From positions 14,066 to 78,065 of the forward strand of contig DATGIH010000526.1 in the NCBI GenBank assembly GCA_035295865.1: a DNA stretch of 64,000 nucleotides. The letters are read 5' to 3'. The DNA comes from Bryobacteraceae bacterium. Lineage in GTDB: Bacteria > Acidobacteriota > Terriglobia > Bryobacterales > Bryobacteraceae. Under the pieces are notes generated by a model. The model saw nothing but the letters and a program-made list of their open reading frames with translations, did not search any database and had not been told where the DNA came from. Positions 1-9,388 of this stretch are shown here, in pieces. The translations under genes were made by a program, and so were the position numbers. Position 1 is the stretch's first letter. Each line of letters starts with the position of its first letter.

Positions 1-1
1 C

Positions 2-1636
2 CAGCGTGAATACCGGACTATTCTCGCGACAGGACTGCGATTGTTGGCTGCGGCGCATCCCAAAGTAGTCGCGATCGACATGGTTTTGGAGGACCAGGCA
101 GGAGCAGCCGAAGACGATCCGCTGGAGCGGGCAATGCAGGCGACGAAGAATCTCGTGCTGGTGGCGCATCTGGCTGGCGATCGTTGGGAGCATCCGCTGG
201 CGAGGTTCGCCAAGTGGGCCGCTGCCGTGGGCCACGACAAAGCCGACGAGCTTTCGCACGATGGCGTGACGCGGCAGATCCCGCTTGAGCAGCGAACCGC
301 GCGTGAGAGGCATTGGGCGCTGTCGCTCGAAGCGTTTCGCTTGGCGCGCGGAGAGCGGATTCTCGAGTCGCCCGAGGAAATTCAAATCGGAAACCTGGTA
401 ATTCCCGCCGCGAGATCCGGCAAACTAAATCGTCCGCTGCGCGTTCTTTATTCAAAACGGCCGGAACAGATCTCGATCAAGCAACTCAATGATGATCCGA
501 AACTGGCGGCACGATTCACGGACAAAACCGTTTTCGTCGGCGTAACATCGGACACCGCGACTTATGATCGCGTTGACACGCCCTTCGGAGGCGGCCGGAT
601 TCCCGGCGTTGAAGTGCACGCGCAGCTTTTTGAAACTCTGGAGCGCGGGCATTTTTTGACCAACGCACCGGAATCATCCGTGCTCGGTTTTTGCCTGCTG
701 GCCGCGATTCTTGCAGCGTTGATTTTTGTCTTTCTGAGTGGATGGCCCGCTTATCTCGCTGCCGGAGCGCTTCTCATCGTCGCACACACCACGCCGTTCC
801 TACTTTTCCAACAAGGGATCGTGTTTCCATACCTCGCCCCGCTGGCTTCCGCGTGGCTGACCGTGGCTGCCGCCGCCAGTTATCAGCATTTCGTGGTGCG
901 TCGCGCGCTGCGCACTTCCGAAACCGAACGGAAGCGCTATCAGCAAGCGATTCATTTCGTCACGCATGAGATGCGCACTCCATTGACAGCCATCCAGGGA
1001 TCGAGCGAGCTGATGGGCCGCTATAACCTCAGCGAAGAAAAGCGCAAACAGATGACCGAGATGATCAACCAGGAATCGAAGCGTCTGGCGCGCATGATCC
1101 AAACGTTTCTGGATGTGGAGCGGCTCTCGGACGGTCAGATGGAGTTGAAGCGCGAGCCGTTCACCGCCAAAGAATTGGTGGAGAACTGTGTGGCGCGAGT
1201 GCGTCCGCTGGGCGAGCGCAAGAACATTCGGATCACTACCGGTGAACTCGCGGGAGCGCTCGAAGGGGATCGCGAACTGATGGAATACGCTGTCTACAAC
1301 CTAATGACGAACGCCGTGAAGTACTCGAACTCGGACACCGAAGTCACGGTCCGCTGCGTCACGGAGGCCGACCGCGTCCGTATTTCCGTCCAGGATCAAG
1401 GAATTGGGATGGATGCCAAAGAATTGCGCCAGATTTTTCAGAAATTCTACCGGACCAAGCGCGCGGAAGCGTCCGGCGAAAAGGGTACCGGCATTGGATT
1501 ATCGATTGTCGAGCAAATTGTTCAGCATCACGGTGGAAAAATGGAAGTCACCAGCCAGCCCGGCCGCGGATCCTGTTTCACCGCTGTTCTTCCGGCCCAC
1601 ATGCGTGCGCCGCAGCCGCCCGCTGTGTCAGTCTAG
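2..1636 (+). CDS. CHASE2-domain sensor histidine kinase (5' end cut by window edge)
   Basis: The frame stays open from nt 2, with no stop upstream of the TTG at 41. It has a CHASE2-like extracytoplasmic N-terminus and hydrophobic spans (VLGFCLLAAILAALIFVFL, AYLAAGALLIVAH, LAPLASAWLTVAAAASY). Kinase motifs present: H-box FVTHEMRTPLTAI, N-box YNLMTNAVKYS, G-boxes DQGIGM and GTGIGLSIV. Confidence 0.85.
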   Translation, partial: QREYRTILATGLRLLAAAHPKVVAIDMVLEDQAGAAEDDPLERAMQATKNLVLVAHLAGDRWEHPLARFAKWAAAVGHDKADELSHDGVTRQIPLEQRTARERHWALSLEAFRLARGERILESPEEIQIGNLVIPAARSGKLNRPLRVLYSKRPEQISIKQLNDDPKLAARFTDKTVFVGVTSDTATYDRVDTPFGGGRIPGVEVHAQLFETLERGHFLTNAPESSVLGFCLLAAILAALIFVFLSGWPAYLAAGALLIVAHTTPFLLFQQGIVFPYLAPLASAWLTVAAAASYQHFVVRRALRTSETERKRYQQAIHFVTHEMRTPLTAIQGSSELMGRYNLSEEKRKQMTEMINQESKRLARMIQTFLDVERLSDGQMELKREPFTAKELVENCVARVRPLGERKNIRITTGELAGALEGDRELMEYAVYNLMTNAVKYSNSDTEVTVRCVTEADRVRISVQDQGIGMDAKELRQIFQKFYRTKRAEASGEKGTGIGLSIVEQIVQHHGGKMEVTSQPGRGSCFTAVLPAHMRAPQPPAVSV

Positions 1637-1671
1637 AAGTAGCTTTGGGGACGGGTTAAGATCGGTGGGCA

Positions 1672-3000
1672 ATGTCAGCGAACATGCAACGGCTATTAGT
1701 AGTAGAAGACGACAACTCCGTAAGAAGCACCATCACCACATTTCTGGAGCTGGAAGGATACGCCGTGGACGCCGTTTCCTCCACGCGTGAAGCTCTGGAA
1801 CGTTTGCGAAATGATGCTTATCCCATAGTCATTACCGATATTTATTTGGACGAGCGAACCGGTTTGGATGTTTTGGCTACCGCGCGCCAGAACAATCCGA
1901 AATGCGCCGTGATTTTGATGACCGCCCGCGGCACCATCGAAACCGTGATGAAAGCCACGCAGGGCGGCGCGTTCGATTACATCGCCAAACCGTTCGAGTT
2001 GGACCGCATGCTCGACACGGTGAAGCGCGCCGAGGCGTCGATCGGCGATCAGGAGCAGGAAAAGGAATCCGAAGTCGACGATCTGCCGCAAAGCGAGATG
2101 ATCGGCAGCTCCGCGAAGATGATCGAGATTTATAAGATGGTCTCGCTGGTCGCGCCGACCAATGCCACCGTTTTGATTGAAGGCGAAACCGGCACCGGCA
2201 AGGAAATGATCGCCCGGATGGTCCACAACAACAGCGCGCGCGCGAACCAGCCGTTCGTTCCAGTGGATTGCGGATCCATCGCGCCTTCGTTGATCGAGAG
2301 CGAACTGTTCGGCGCGTTGAAAGGCGCTTACACCGGCGCCGATCGCGATCGCATGGGCGTCTTTGAAGCGGCCAACAACGGAACCGTATTCCTGGACGAA
2401 ATCGGCGATCTGGAGCTCGGCTTCCAATTGAACCTGCTGCGCTTCTTGCAAGAGAAGGAAATCCGGCCGCTCGGGTCGGCGCGCGGAAAAAAAGTGGATG
2501 TGCGTGTGATCGCAGCGACGAATCGCGATCTGCAGAAGATGGTGGAAGAAGGAAAATTCCGCGAGGACCTTTGGTACCGGTTGAACGTGGTGCGCGTGAT
2601 CATCCCGCCATTGGTGGAACGCCGCGGCGATGTGCCGCTGCTCGCGCATTATTTCTTGAATCGCTACAACGATCGCTACAAGCAGCAGGCCAAGATTACC
2701 GAATCCGGATTGAAGACGCTCGAAAACTACAGTTGGCCGGGCAATGTTCGCCAGTTGCAGCACATGATGGAGCGCCTCACCATTCTAGCGCCGCACGGAA
2801 AAATCGATGAAGCCGCGGTGCGAGAAGCGATCGAGCTCACGGAACCGCGCGACATTGCGAGCGACACATTAGCCGATACGGAAACGGATCAAATCCGGCG
2901 TGTTCTTACGGCCACTGGCGGCAACAAAAGCCGTGCGGCAAAAATCCTGGGCATCGAACGCAAGACTCTCTACCGCAAGCTGGAACGGATGGGGCTGTAG
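1672..3000 (+). CDS. Sigma-54-dependent response regulator (NtrC family)
   Basis: Receiver domain (LLVVEDD, VITDIYLD). AAA+ activator core with Walker A GETGTGKE and the GAFTGA-loop variant GAYTGA. C-terminal Fis-type HTH (SRAAKILGIERKTLYRKL). Starts 36 nt after the kinase gene. Confidence 0.9.
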   Translation: MSANMQRLLVVEDDNSVRSTITTFLELEGYAVDAVSSTREALERLRNDAYPIVITDIYLDERTGLDVLATARQNNPKCAVILMTARGTIETVMKATQGGAFDYIAKPFELDRMLDTVKRAEASIGDQEQEKESEVDDLPQSEMIGSSAKMIEIYKMVSLVAPTNATVLIEGETGTGKEMIARMVHNNSARANQPFVPVDCGSIAPSLIESELFGALKGAYTGADRDRMGVFEAANNGTVFLDEIGDLELGFQLNLLRFLQEKEIRPLGSARGKKVDVRVIAATNRDLQKMVEEGKFREDLWYRLNVVRVIIPPLVERRGDVPLLAHYFLNRYNDRYKQQAKITESGLKTLENYSWPGNVRQLQHMMERLTILAPHGKIDEAAVREAIELTEPRDIASDTLADTETDQIRRVLTATGGNKSRAAKILGIERKTLYRKLERMGL

Positions 3001-3004
3001 TTTA

Positions 3005-3484
3005 CTAATTTAAGCTTCCGATGCGCGGCGTGGCCTCTTTGCTGAGGGCATGCATCACCGCTTTCACCTTGCGCGGATAATCGGGCAGTGGATTGTAGGT
3101 GCTGAGCTTGTTATCCAAAGTTTTGTCTTTATACAACTTCGAATTCGCGAGCTGATCGGCGACGAAATGAATTCCTTCCCGCACCGAAGAGAAGCTCTCG
3201 CGGCAGGAATCCCATCCAAACACGTTGTTGTTGCGATAATCCTTGCCGCCGCTGGATTCGATGATTGAGATGCTGGGAAGCAGGCGCCAATCCAGCGCGT
3301 TCTCGTCGGCGGCGATCAGAAAATCGGCCGCCGCGTCGCGCAAGGGGCAATCCCGCTGGCCGAAAAATTCCTGCAGGCGAACCAGGCGAGGGTCGTGACC
3401 CAAAAGCGCCTTCGGGATTTCGTGGCTGACACCGACAACGGCCGGCAATCCCAATAATCCGCCAACCAACAGAGCTTTTCTCAT
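3005..3484 (-). CDS. Secreted glucosaminidase-like domain protein
   Basis: Signal peptide MRKALLVGGLLGLPAVVG. The motif IIESSGG-x6-NNVFGW resembles the ESGWG...NNLFG core of mannosyl-glycoprotein endo-beta-N-acetylglucosaminidase domains. The call rests on this motif only. Confidence 0.5.
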   Translation of the reverse strand: MRKALLVGGLLGLPAVVGVSHEIPKALLGHDPRLVRLQEFFGQRDCPLRDAAADFLIAADENALDWRLLPSISIIESSGGKDYRNNNVFGWDSCRESFSSVREGIHFVADQLANSKLYKDKTLDNKLSTYNPLPDYPRKVKAVMHALSKEATPRIGSLN

Positions 3485-3669
3485 GGAATCTCCTTGTATT
3501 GCTTGTTCTTCTAGATGGATCTGCGTGTCGAGGCTATCGCTCGAATTCTTGGAAGTTGTTGAAAATTAGGACATTACACGGCCAGTAGGTATTAACATGC
3601 TTAGAATCAATAATTTAACAGCGGGCTGACAATTGATTCGGATACGGCTAGTATACCATGCACCGGTCT

Positions 3670-3948
3670 TCAGGACCGGGAGCGATGATGCTTGTATCCG
3701 CCGCCGACCATGCCTAAATCGATCACGGCGGCGAGCAAAATCCAGAGAAGATTGACGCCCTCGAGCGGCATCCCTTGATGGAACATCCACGCATAAACCA
3801 GCGTGGTGAGAGGTAAGAAGATAAATCCGAGGACGAGCAGCAATAAATTGTGGCGGTATGGAGCGGAGAGGTATGTGGACAGGAAGAACAGCAGCGCGAG
3901 CACCAGCCGCGGCGACAGCAGCACTAAGATCAGCAGGCAACAGGGCAC
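3670..3948 (-). CDS. Small integral membrane protein (unknown function)
   Basis: 92-aa ORF made almost entirely of three hydrophobic helices with a basic C-terminal tail (KHHRSRS). The start codon is uncertain, and it overlaps less plausible ORFs 3566-4003 and 3930-4277. Confidence 0.45.
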   Translation of the reverse strand: MPCCLLILVLLSPRLVLALLFFLSTYLSAPYRHNLLLLVLGFIFLPLTTLVYAWMFHQGMPLEGVNLLWILLAAVIDLGMVGGGYKHHRSRS

Positions 3949-4029
3949 GGTTCACCATCATACCGCCAAGCCATGAGACGCGGGTAATCGGGCATTGTTT
4001 CACTCTCCGAGCCGTGTAATCCTTGGGGA

Positions 4030-4890
4030 ATGTTCCGGTTTCTTGCTTCCAACCTCGTTTGCGTACTAGCCTTACCAGTGATGCTACCGGCGGCGGAATC
4101 GTACCAATCGGAAATCGCGCGATGGCGCGAGCAGCAAGAGCGCGAACTCAAAAGTGATACGGGATGGCTGACTGTCGCGGGATTGTTCTGGCTGAAAGAG
4201 GGCGCGAACACCGCAGGCAGCGCCGAGTCGAACGCGATCGTTCTGCCGCGTGGTCCGGCGCACTTGGGCGAATTCAAACTGCATGCCGGACAAGTGACGT
4301 TTCAACCCGCCGCTGGAGTTCCACTACAGGCAAAAATGTTAAAAGCGGATACCGCAGGCAAGCCCGATCCCATCGAATTCGACGGACTCACCATGTTCGT
4401 GATTCATCGCGGCGAACGCTACGGCATCCGGATGCGCGATCTGCAAAGCAAGCTGCGCAAGGATTTCACCGCGCGCCATTGGTTTCCGGTGAAGCCGGAT
4501 TATCGCGTCACCGCTAGATTCGTCGCCTACAATCCGCCGAAAATGATTACCGTTCCCAACGTTCTGGGCGAAACCAGCGAAATGCCGAGTCCGGGCTATG
4601 TCGAATTCAAGCTGGGTGGACAAGAACTGCGGCTCGACCCGGTGGTGGAAGACAACGATCTCTTTTTCATCTTCCACGACGAAACCAGCGGCCATGGTAC
4701 GTATCCGCCGGGCCGTTTTCTACACGCCGATTTTGCGAAAGACGGCGTGGTGACGCTCGATTTCAACAAAGCCTACAATCCGCCGTGCTCTTTCACGCCG
4801 TACGCGACGTGCCCGCTGCCGCCGAAGCAAAATCGGCTCCCGGTGAAGATTGAGGCGGGCGAGCAGTTCGCCGGACACGCTGGGCATTAG
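4030..4890 (+). CDS. DUF1684 domain protein
   Basis: Signal-like N-terminus. The W-x2-R...GWLTVAGLFWL start and the C-terminal YPPGRFL...LDFNKAYNPPCSF...CPLPPKQNRL...IEAGE block are typical of DUF1684. Confidence 0.75.
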   Translation: MFRFLASNLVCVLALPVMLPAAESYQSEIARWREQQERELKSDTGWLTVAGLFWLKEGANTAGSAESNAIVLPRGPAHLGEFKLHAGQVTFQPAAGVPLQAKMLKADTAGKPDPIEFDGLTMFVIHRGERYGIRMRDLQSKLRKDFTARHWFPVKPDYRVTARFVAYNPPKMITVPNVLGETSEMPSPGYVEFKLGGQELRLDPVVEDNDLFFIFHDETSGHGTYPPGRFLHADFAKDGVVTLDFNKAYNPPCSFTPYATCPLPPKQNRLPVKIEAGEQFAGHAGH

Positions 4891-4927
4891 TTCGCCCGCG
4901 CCATGCATCGCCAGGAGTGGCGACGCG

Positions 4928-4996
4928 GCACGCAGAAGTGCGTGCGCTACATGTGGCGCGAACACTCGTGTTTGCCGCGTTCGCACTCGTGCGAAC
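4928..4996. repeat. REP-like cluster of three palindromic hairpin units (copy A)
   Basis: Three hairpins: GCACGCA-gaag-TGCGTGC (4928-4945), GCGAACAC-tc-GTGTTTGC (4958-4975) and GTTCGCAC-tc-GTGCGAAC (4979-4996). They lie in the convergent intergenic gap 4891-5010. The same unit types recur at 7111-7201. Confidence 0.75.
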
Positions 4997-5010
4997 GCCC
5001 TCAACCTGGT

Positions 5011-5991
5011 CTACTTGGTCAGATAATTCCGATGCACCCAAGCATCGCGCTGCGCCCGGTCGCGCGTTTCGAACATTACGTTCTGCGATGTTTCCTTCAC
5101 GATCACTTCGGTGCGGCTGGTTAGATCAGTGACTTTGCCTTTTCCGGATTCCGCATCCGCCAGCGCAGTCTTCACCGCGTTCGCGCTCACCGGTTCGAAC
5201 TTCGCGCCCGGCTTATTGGTCGCCACCGCTTCCACTGAACTGGCGCGCAGCAGCTTCATCCAAAGTTTTGCGAACAGTTCGTGCGAACCGTAGACGTCGG
5301 CGCTGTTCAATTTGCCATCGATCGCGAAAGCATAGCCGATCACATCGCTCTTCCCTTTCACGATGCCGGCCAAGTCTTCGAGATACCCATCGATAGACCG
5401 CTGTACAGCCGGCGCTTCCAGCGTCATCGCGAAGCTGCTGGGAGACGGCGTCGCGCGCACATCCGTGCGCAGGTTGCTACTGAGCTGTGCCTGCGCCTCA
5501 GCCACGCGATTCCAGACTTCGCGCTGGTCCTGCTGCATCTTCACCGCCATCTTGAGTTGTTTGGACGCGATCGCCTGGTGCGCCTCGCCGAATGTGCGAA
5601 CATCTTCCGCGCCGCGCCGGGTCCAGCGGCCATGCTCGACACAGAACGAATTCAGGCTGACTTTGCCGGATTTCGATGGCAGAATCAGATCGTCCTTGAG
5701 CGTGCGATCCTGCGCGCCGCCTTTGACGATATCGCCGGATTCGATGAACACGTCTTCGTTCGAGACGTTCTCCACCGCCAGCTCGTTGACGTTGCGGGTT
5801 TCATAGACAACCACTTTGTGCTGGTCGATGGCTTCGTCCAGCGTGAGCAAACGTCTCGCCGAGGTGTCAGCGCCATGAATCAGAAAAATCGAGAGATTGT
5901 CGTGTGTGTACGGTCCGGACAGATGAGTTTGCGCGAAACAGAGAGCTGTGCTGGCGATCGCGAGCACACTCCGGGTTAGCATTCGTTGCAT
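5011..5991 (-). CDS. Secreted DUF6569 / ARPP-1-like family protein
   Basis: Signal peptide MQRMLTRSVLAIASTALCFAQ. Motif blocks match my recollection of the DUF6569/ARPP-1 family: NLSIFLIHG, LTLDEAIDQHKVVVYE, ESGDIVKGGAQDRTL, CVEHGRW and VIGYAFAIDGKLNSADVYGSHELFAKLWMKLL. An AAGGAGG SD sits upstream. Confidence 0.55.
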   Translation of the reverse strand: MQRMLTRSVLAIASTALCFAQTHLSGPYTHDNLSIFLIHGADTSARRLLTLDEAIDQHKVVVYETRNVNELAVENVSNEDVFIESGDIVKGGAQDRTLKDDLILPSKSGKVSLNSFCVEHGRWTRRGAEDVRTFGEAHQAIASKQLKMAVKMQQDQREVWNRVAEAQAQLSSNLRTDVRATPSPSSFAMTLEAPAVQRSIDGYLEDLAGIVKGKSDVIGYAFAIDGKLNSADVYGSHELFAKLWMKLLRASSVEAVATNKPGAKFEPVSANAVKTALADAESGKGKVTDLTSRTEVIVKETSQNVMFETRDRAQRDAWVHRNYLTK

Positions 5992-6071
5992 GAGCCTCCT
6001 TTAGGCGACCGGGTCGCCCTTCACACAATGAATGCCGTGCCGGAGAAATTTCTTTCAGTACAGAAAGGGGC

Positions 6072-7085
<1,014 letters not shown>

Positions 7086-7110
7086 CTAGTTTAGTCGTTT
7101 CTGATGTGGC

Positions 7111-7201
7111 GCACGCCCGTGGCGTGCAGCGTTCACACTCGTGTGAACGCCTTTGGATGTGGTGTTCGCAGGAGTGCGAACACGGCACGCAAAGTGCGTG
7201 C
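7111..7201. repeat. REP-like cluster of four palindromic hairpin units (copy B)
   Basis: Four hairpins: GCACGCC-cgt-GGCGTGC (7111-7127), GTTCACAC-tc-GTGTGAAC (7131-7148), GTTCGCA-ggag-TGCGAAC (7164-7181) and GCACGCA-aag-TGCGTGC (7185-7201). The last unit plus its flank (GGCACGCAaAGTGCGTGCGCTAC) nearly duplicates 4926-4950. Confidence 0.75.
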
Positions 7202-7202
7202 G

Positions 7203-8003
7203 CTACTTGATTGGCAGGGATGGGGCGGTGGATCCACCAACATCGGCGTAGGCTTCTTTGATCTTCACAACTTTGCTGTTAGCAAACGTTACAAAGGTGA
7301 TCTTGCCCGGGGGATCGCCGTAGACCCAATCTTCGGTTTCGGTGCCGTCTTTGTCGGTGCTGCGTTCTTTATGGCGCGGTTTGCCGAGCGCCATCACCAC
7401 CATTTCGCGATCCATCCCTTCGATCGCCTTGTTCTCTTTGATCGCCTTTTGGATCGGCTCCGGCAGCTTCTCCACGTAGTTTTCCGTGGCCGTTTCCTTT
7501 TCGAAATCGAGCACCGGTGCAAGGATCTTCTTGATGTCCGCGGCTTTCATCGGCGGAATCGGCTGATTAAATTTCAGCGCAATATTAGTGCCGCCGGGTG
7601 CATTCGAGTTTTGCTGCGTCGAGATGGGTCGCGTGGTGTTTCCCATCCCAACTTGGATGTGATCCTTCCAGCTTCCGTGGCCCTTCATGCCGCCGTTGAT
7701 CTCGAGCAGGATCTTGTCGTTTTCGATGGCCAGTTTCGTGATCTGCACCAGATCGCCCACGCGCGCCGCCGGACCGTTCTTTATGTTCGCCGCATCCCAC
7801 TTTTGCTTGTCCCATGTGCCGTTGCTATCGAACGGCAGCGGTTCTTTGGAACGCGGCAGCGGCGCTTTGACGGTGGCGTATTCAGAGAGCAGTCCGCGCA
7901 GAATTTCAATGCGATCGTCTTCGGTAAGTTTCTTGTCAGCGGCGGAAGCCAGCAGGCAGAACGCGGAAGGCAACAGGCAGTAGGCCGCAAATCTAGTTTT
8001 CAT
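7203..8003 (-). CDS. Secreted/lipoprotein-like protein with C-terminal SmpA/OmlA (BamE)-like segment
   Basis: I place the start at the ATG at 8001-8003 (MKTRFAAYCLLPSAFCLLASA signal). This ATG forms an ATGA overlap with the stop of the upstream CPBP gene. The C-terminal GMDREMVVMALGKPRHKE...DWVYG...FVTFANSKVVKI resembles BamE-like domains. The 474-aa ORF in the track is an Arg-rich artefactual extension. Confidence 0.6.
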   Translation of the reverse strand: MKTRFAAYCLLPSAFCLLASAADKKLTEDDRIEILRGLLSEYATVKAPLPRSKEPLPFDSNGTWDKQKWDAANIKNGPAARVGDLVQITKLAIENDKILLEINGGMKGHGSWKDHIQVGMGNTTRPISTQQNSNAPGGTNIALKFNQPIPPMKAADIKKILAPVLDFEKETATENYVEKLPEPIQKAIKENKAIEGMDREMVVMALGKPRHKERSTDKDGTETEDWVYGDPPGKITFVTFANSKVVKIKEAYADVGGSTAPSLPIK

Positions 8004-8857
8004 GGCGCCTCCCGGAGAAGGAACGCATCCTGATGTTGAATGGGGGCCTTCTGCAGAAAGAAGAACAGCGCCACCACAACCACGCTTGTGAGCCAACCGC
8101 CTTCGGGGCCATATTCGCCTCCGCTCCATAGTTCGCCAATTTTCCAGTGCAGGACGTACCCTGTAACTCCCATTGTAAACCCGCTGAGATTGGCGCCAAG
8201 CAGAGGTAACATCCAGTTCCAGCCGAAGTGCAGACCGATGGGCAGCCAGAGGTCGCCGCTCAACAGAAACGCGTAGCCCAGCGCGATTCCCCACAGCACG
8301 GTGTTGAATAGCGCGAGCCAGGTGAAATGCAGATTCTGGCTGTGCGCGAGTCCGAAAAGCACGCCCATCGGCAGAACCGTTGCGAACGGACCAATCGCTT
8401 TCACCAGCACTTGAAAACCGTAGCCGCGGAACAGCATCTCTTCGCCCACCGATCCGAACAATAGAACGATCGAAACCAGCAACAGGCTGGGCCAATGGAA
8501 ATGCGATTCCTTGGATGGCTCGAGATCGGCGGCGCGCACCAGGACCGGAGCGAGCAGAACGATCATCCCGGCGCCCGCGCCTCCCAGGATGCCTACCGCG
8601 AGATTGCGCCGTGACGCCGCCGTCCATCCGAGGCCGATATCGGCGAGCTGTCCGCGCTCATAGATTCTTAGGACCATGGCATTCGCAACGCCCGCCGCGG
8701 CGAACGTGCTGAGCGCCGCGATCACGAACGGCGAGCCCACCCAAATCATCGCCCAAGGAAAAATGTAGTAGCCCAGAATCGCGATCAGCGCGAAGACGCC
8801 GACGCGCAACAACGCGCCCAGATTTTTGTTCGTTGGATTGGTGGGGGCGGGCAGCAA
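8000..8857 (-). CDS. CPBP family intramembrane glutamic endopeptidase (CAAX protease-like)
   Basis: Polytopic membrane protein carrying the signature motifs GEEMLFRGYG and FGLAHS. Confidence 0.85.
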   Translation of the reverse strand: MLPAPTNPTNKNLGALLRVGVFALIAILGYYIFPWAMIWVGSPFVIAALSTFAAAGVANAMVLRIYERGQLADIGLGWTAASRRNLAVGILGGAGAGMIVLLAPVLVRAADLEPSKESHFHWPSLLLVSIVLLFGSVGEEMLFRGYGFQVLVKAIGPFATVLPMGVLFGLAHSQNLHFTWLALFNTVLWGIALGYAFLLSGDLWLPIGLHFGWNWMLPLLGANLSGFTMGVTGYVLHWKIGELWSGGEYGPEGGWLTSVVVVALFFFLQKAPIQHQDAFLLREAP

Positions 8858-8866
8858 TCCTTCATG

Positions 8867-9388
8867 TTACGTGAACAGCGAGATTCCCGCGATGCCGGCC
8901 GCTCCGGCCTCGATGCATCGCGGCGCGTTCGACGCCGTTACACCGCCTAGTGCATAAACCGGCAGCCGGACGCTCGCGCAGGCGGCTTTGAGCGCGGGCA
9001 GGCCAATCGGCACGACGGTTTTTGTCACGCTCTCGAACACTGGACCGTAGACGGCGAAGTCGGCGCCTTCATCCTCGGCCGCGCGCAATTCTTCCACCGC
9101 GTGGCAGGACACGCCAATCAAAAGTCCTGCCGGAGTAATGCGGCGGATCTCGCTCGGCGCAATGGATCCGGCCGGCAGATGGACGCCCTGAGCGCCGCAA
9201 GCGAGCGCGACGTCCACGCGCGTGTTCACCAGAATCCCCGCATTGCCTCTTACCGCAACCGCACCGCCCACGAGCGCCATCAATGCGCGAGCGGAAAGCT
9301 CCTTAGCGCGAATCTGGATCATCTCCACGCCTTGGCGCGCCGCGCGAGCGGCCACGTCGACGGAGTCCGTAATGCAGTACCGCTTCAT
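8867..9388 (-). CDS. thiE: Thiamine-phosphate synthase-like protein
   Basis: ThiE-like TIM-barrel pattern: MKRYCITDS, IQIRAKELS, GVHLP, IGVSCH, ADFAVYGPVF, PVYALGGV. Its start overlaps the modC stop. Confidence 0.7.
   Translation of the reverse strand: MKRYCITDSVDVAARAARQGVEMIQIRAKELSARALMALVGGAVAVRGNAGILVNTRVDVALACGAQGVHLPAGSIAPSEIRRITPAGLLIGVSCHAVEELRAAEDEGADFAVYGPVFESVTKTVVPIGLPALKAACASVRLPVYALGGVTASNAPRCIEAGAAGIAGISLFT

Noticed and set aside
1696-2763. 355-aa ORF antisense to the NtrC-type regulator gene
   Set aside because: It lies entirely inside a confidently assigned gene on the other strand. Its Arg/Ala/His-rich composition and lack of motifs are typical of a high-GC shadow ORF.
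4903-5132. Overlapping 71-73 aa ORFs in the 4891-5010 gap (and 6997-7188 near gap)
   Set aside because: They read straight through the REP-like hairpin clusters. The Cys/His/Arg-rich translations come from the palindromes, and there is no SD or homology pattern.
8004-8627. N-terminal 208-codon extension of the 7203-8627 ORF
   Set aside because: The extension overlaps the CPBP protease gene in another frame and is Arg/Gly-rich nonsense. An internal ATG at 8003 gives a clean signal peptide and an ATGA junction with the upstream gene.
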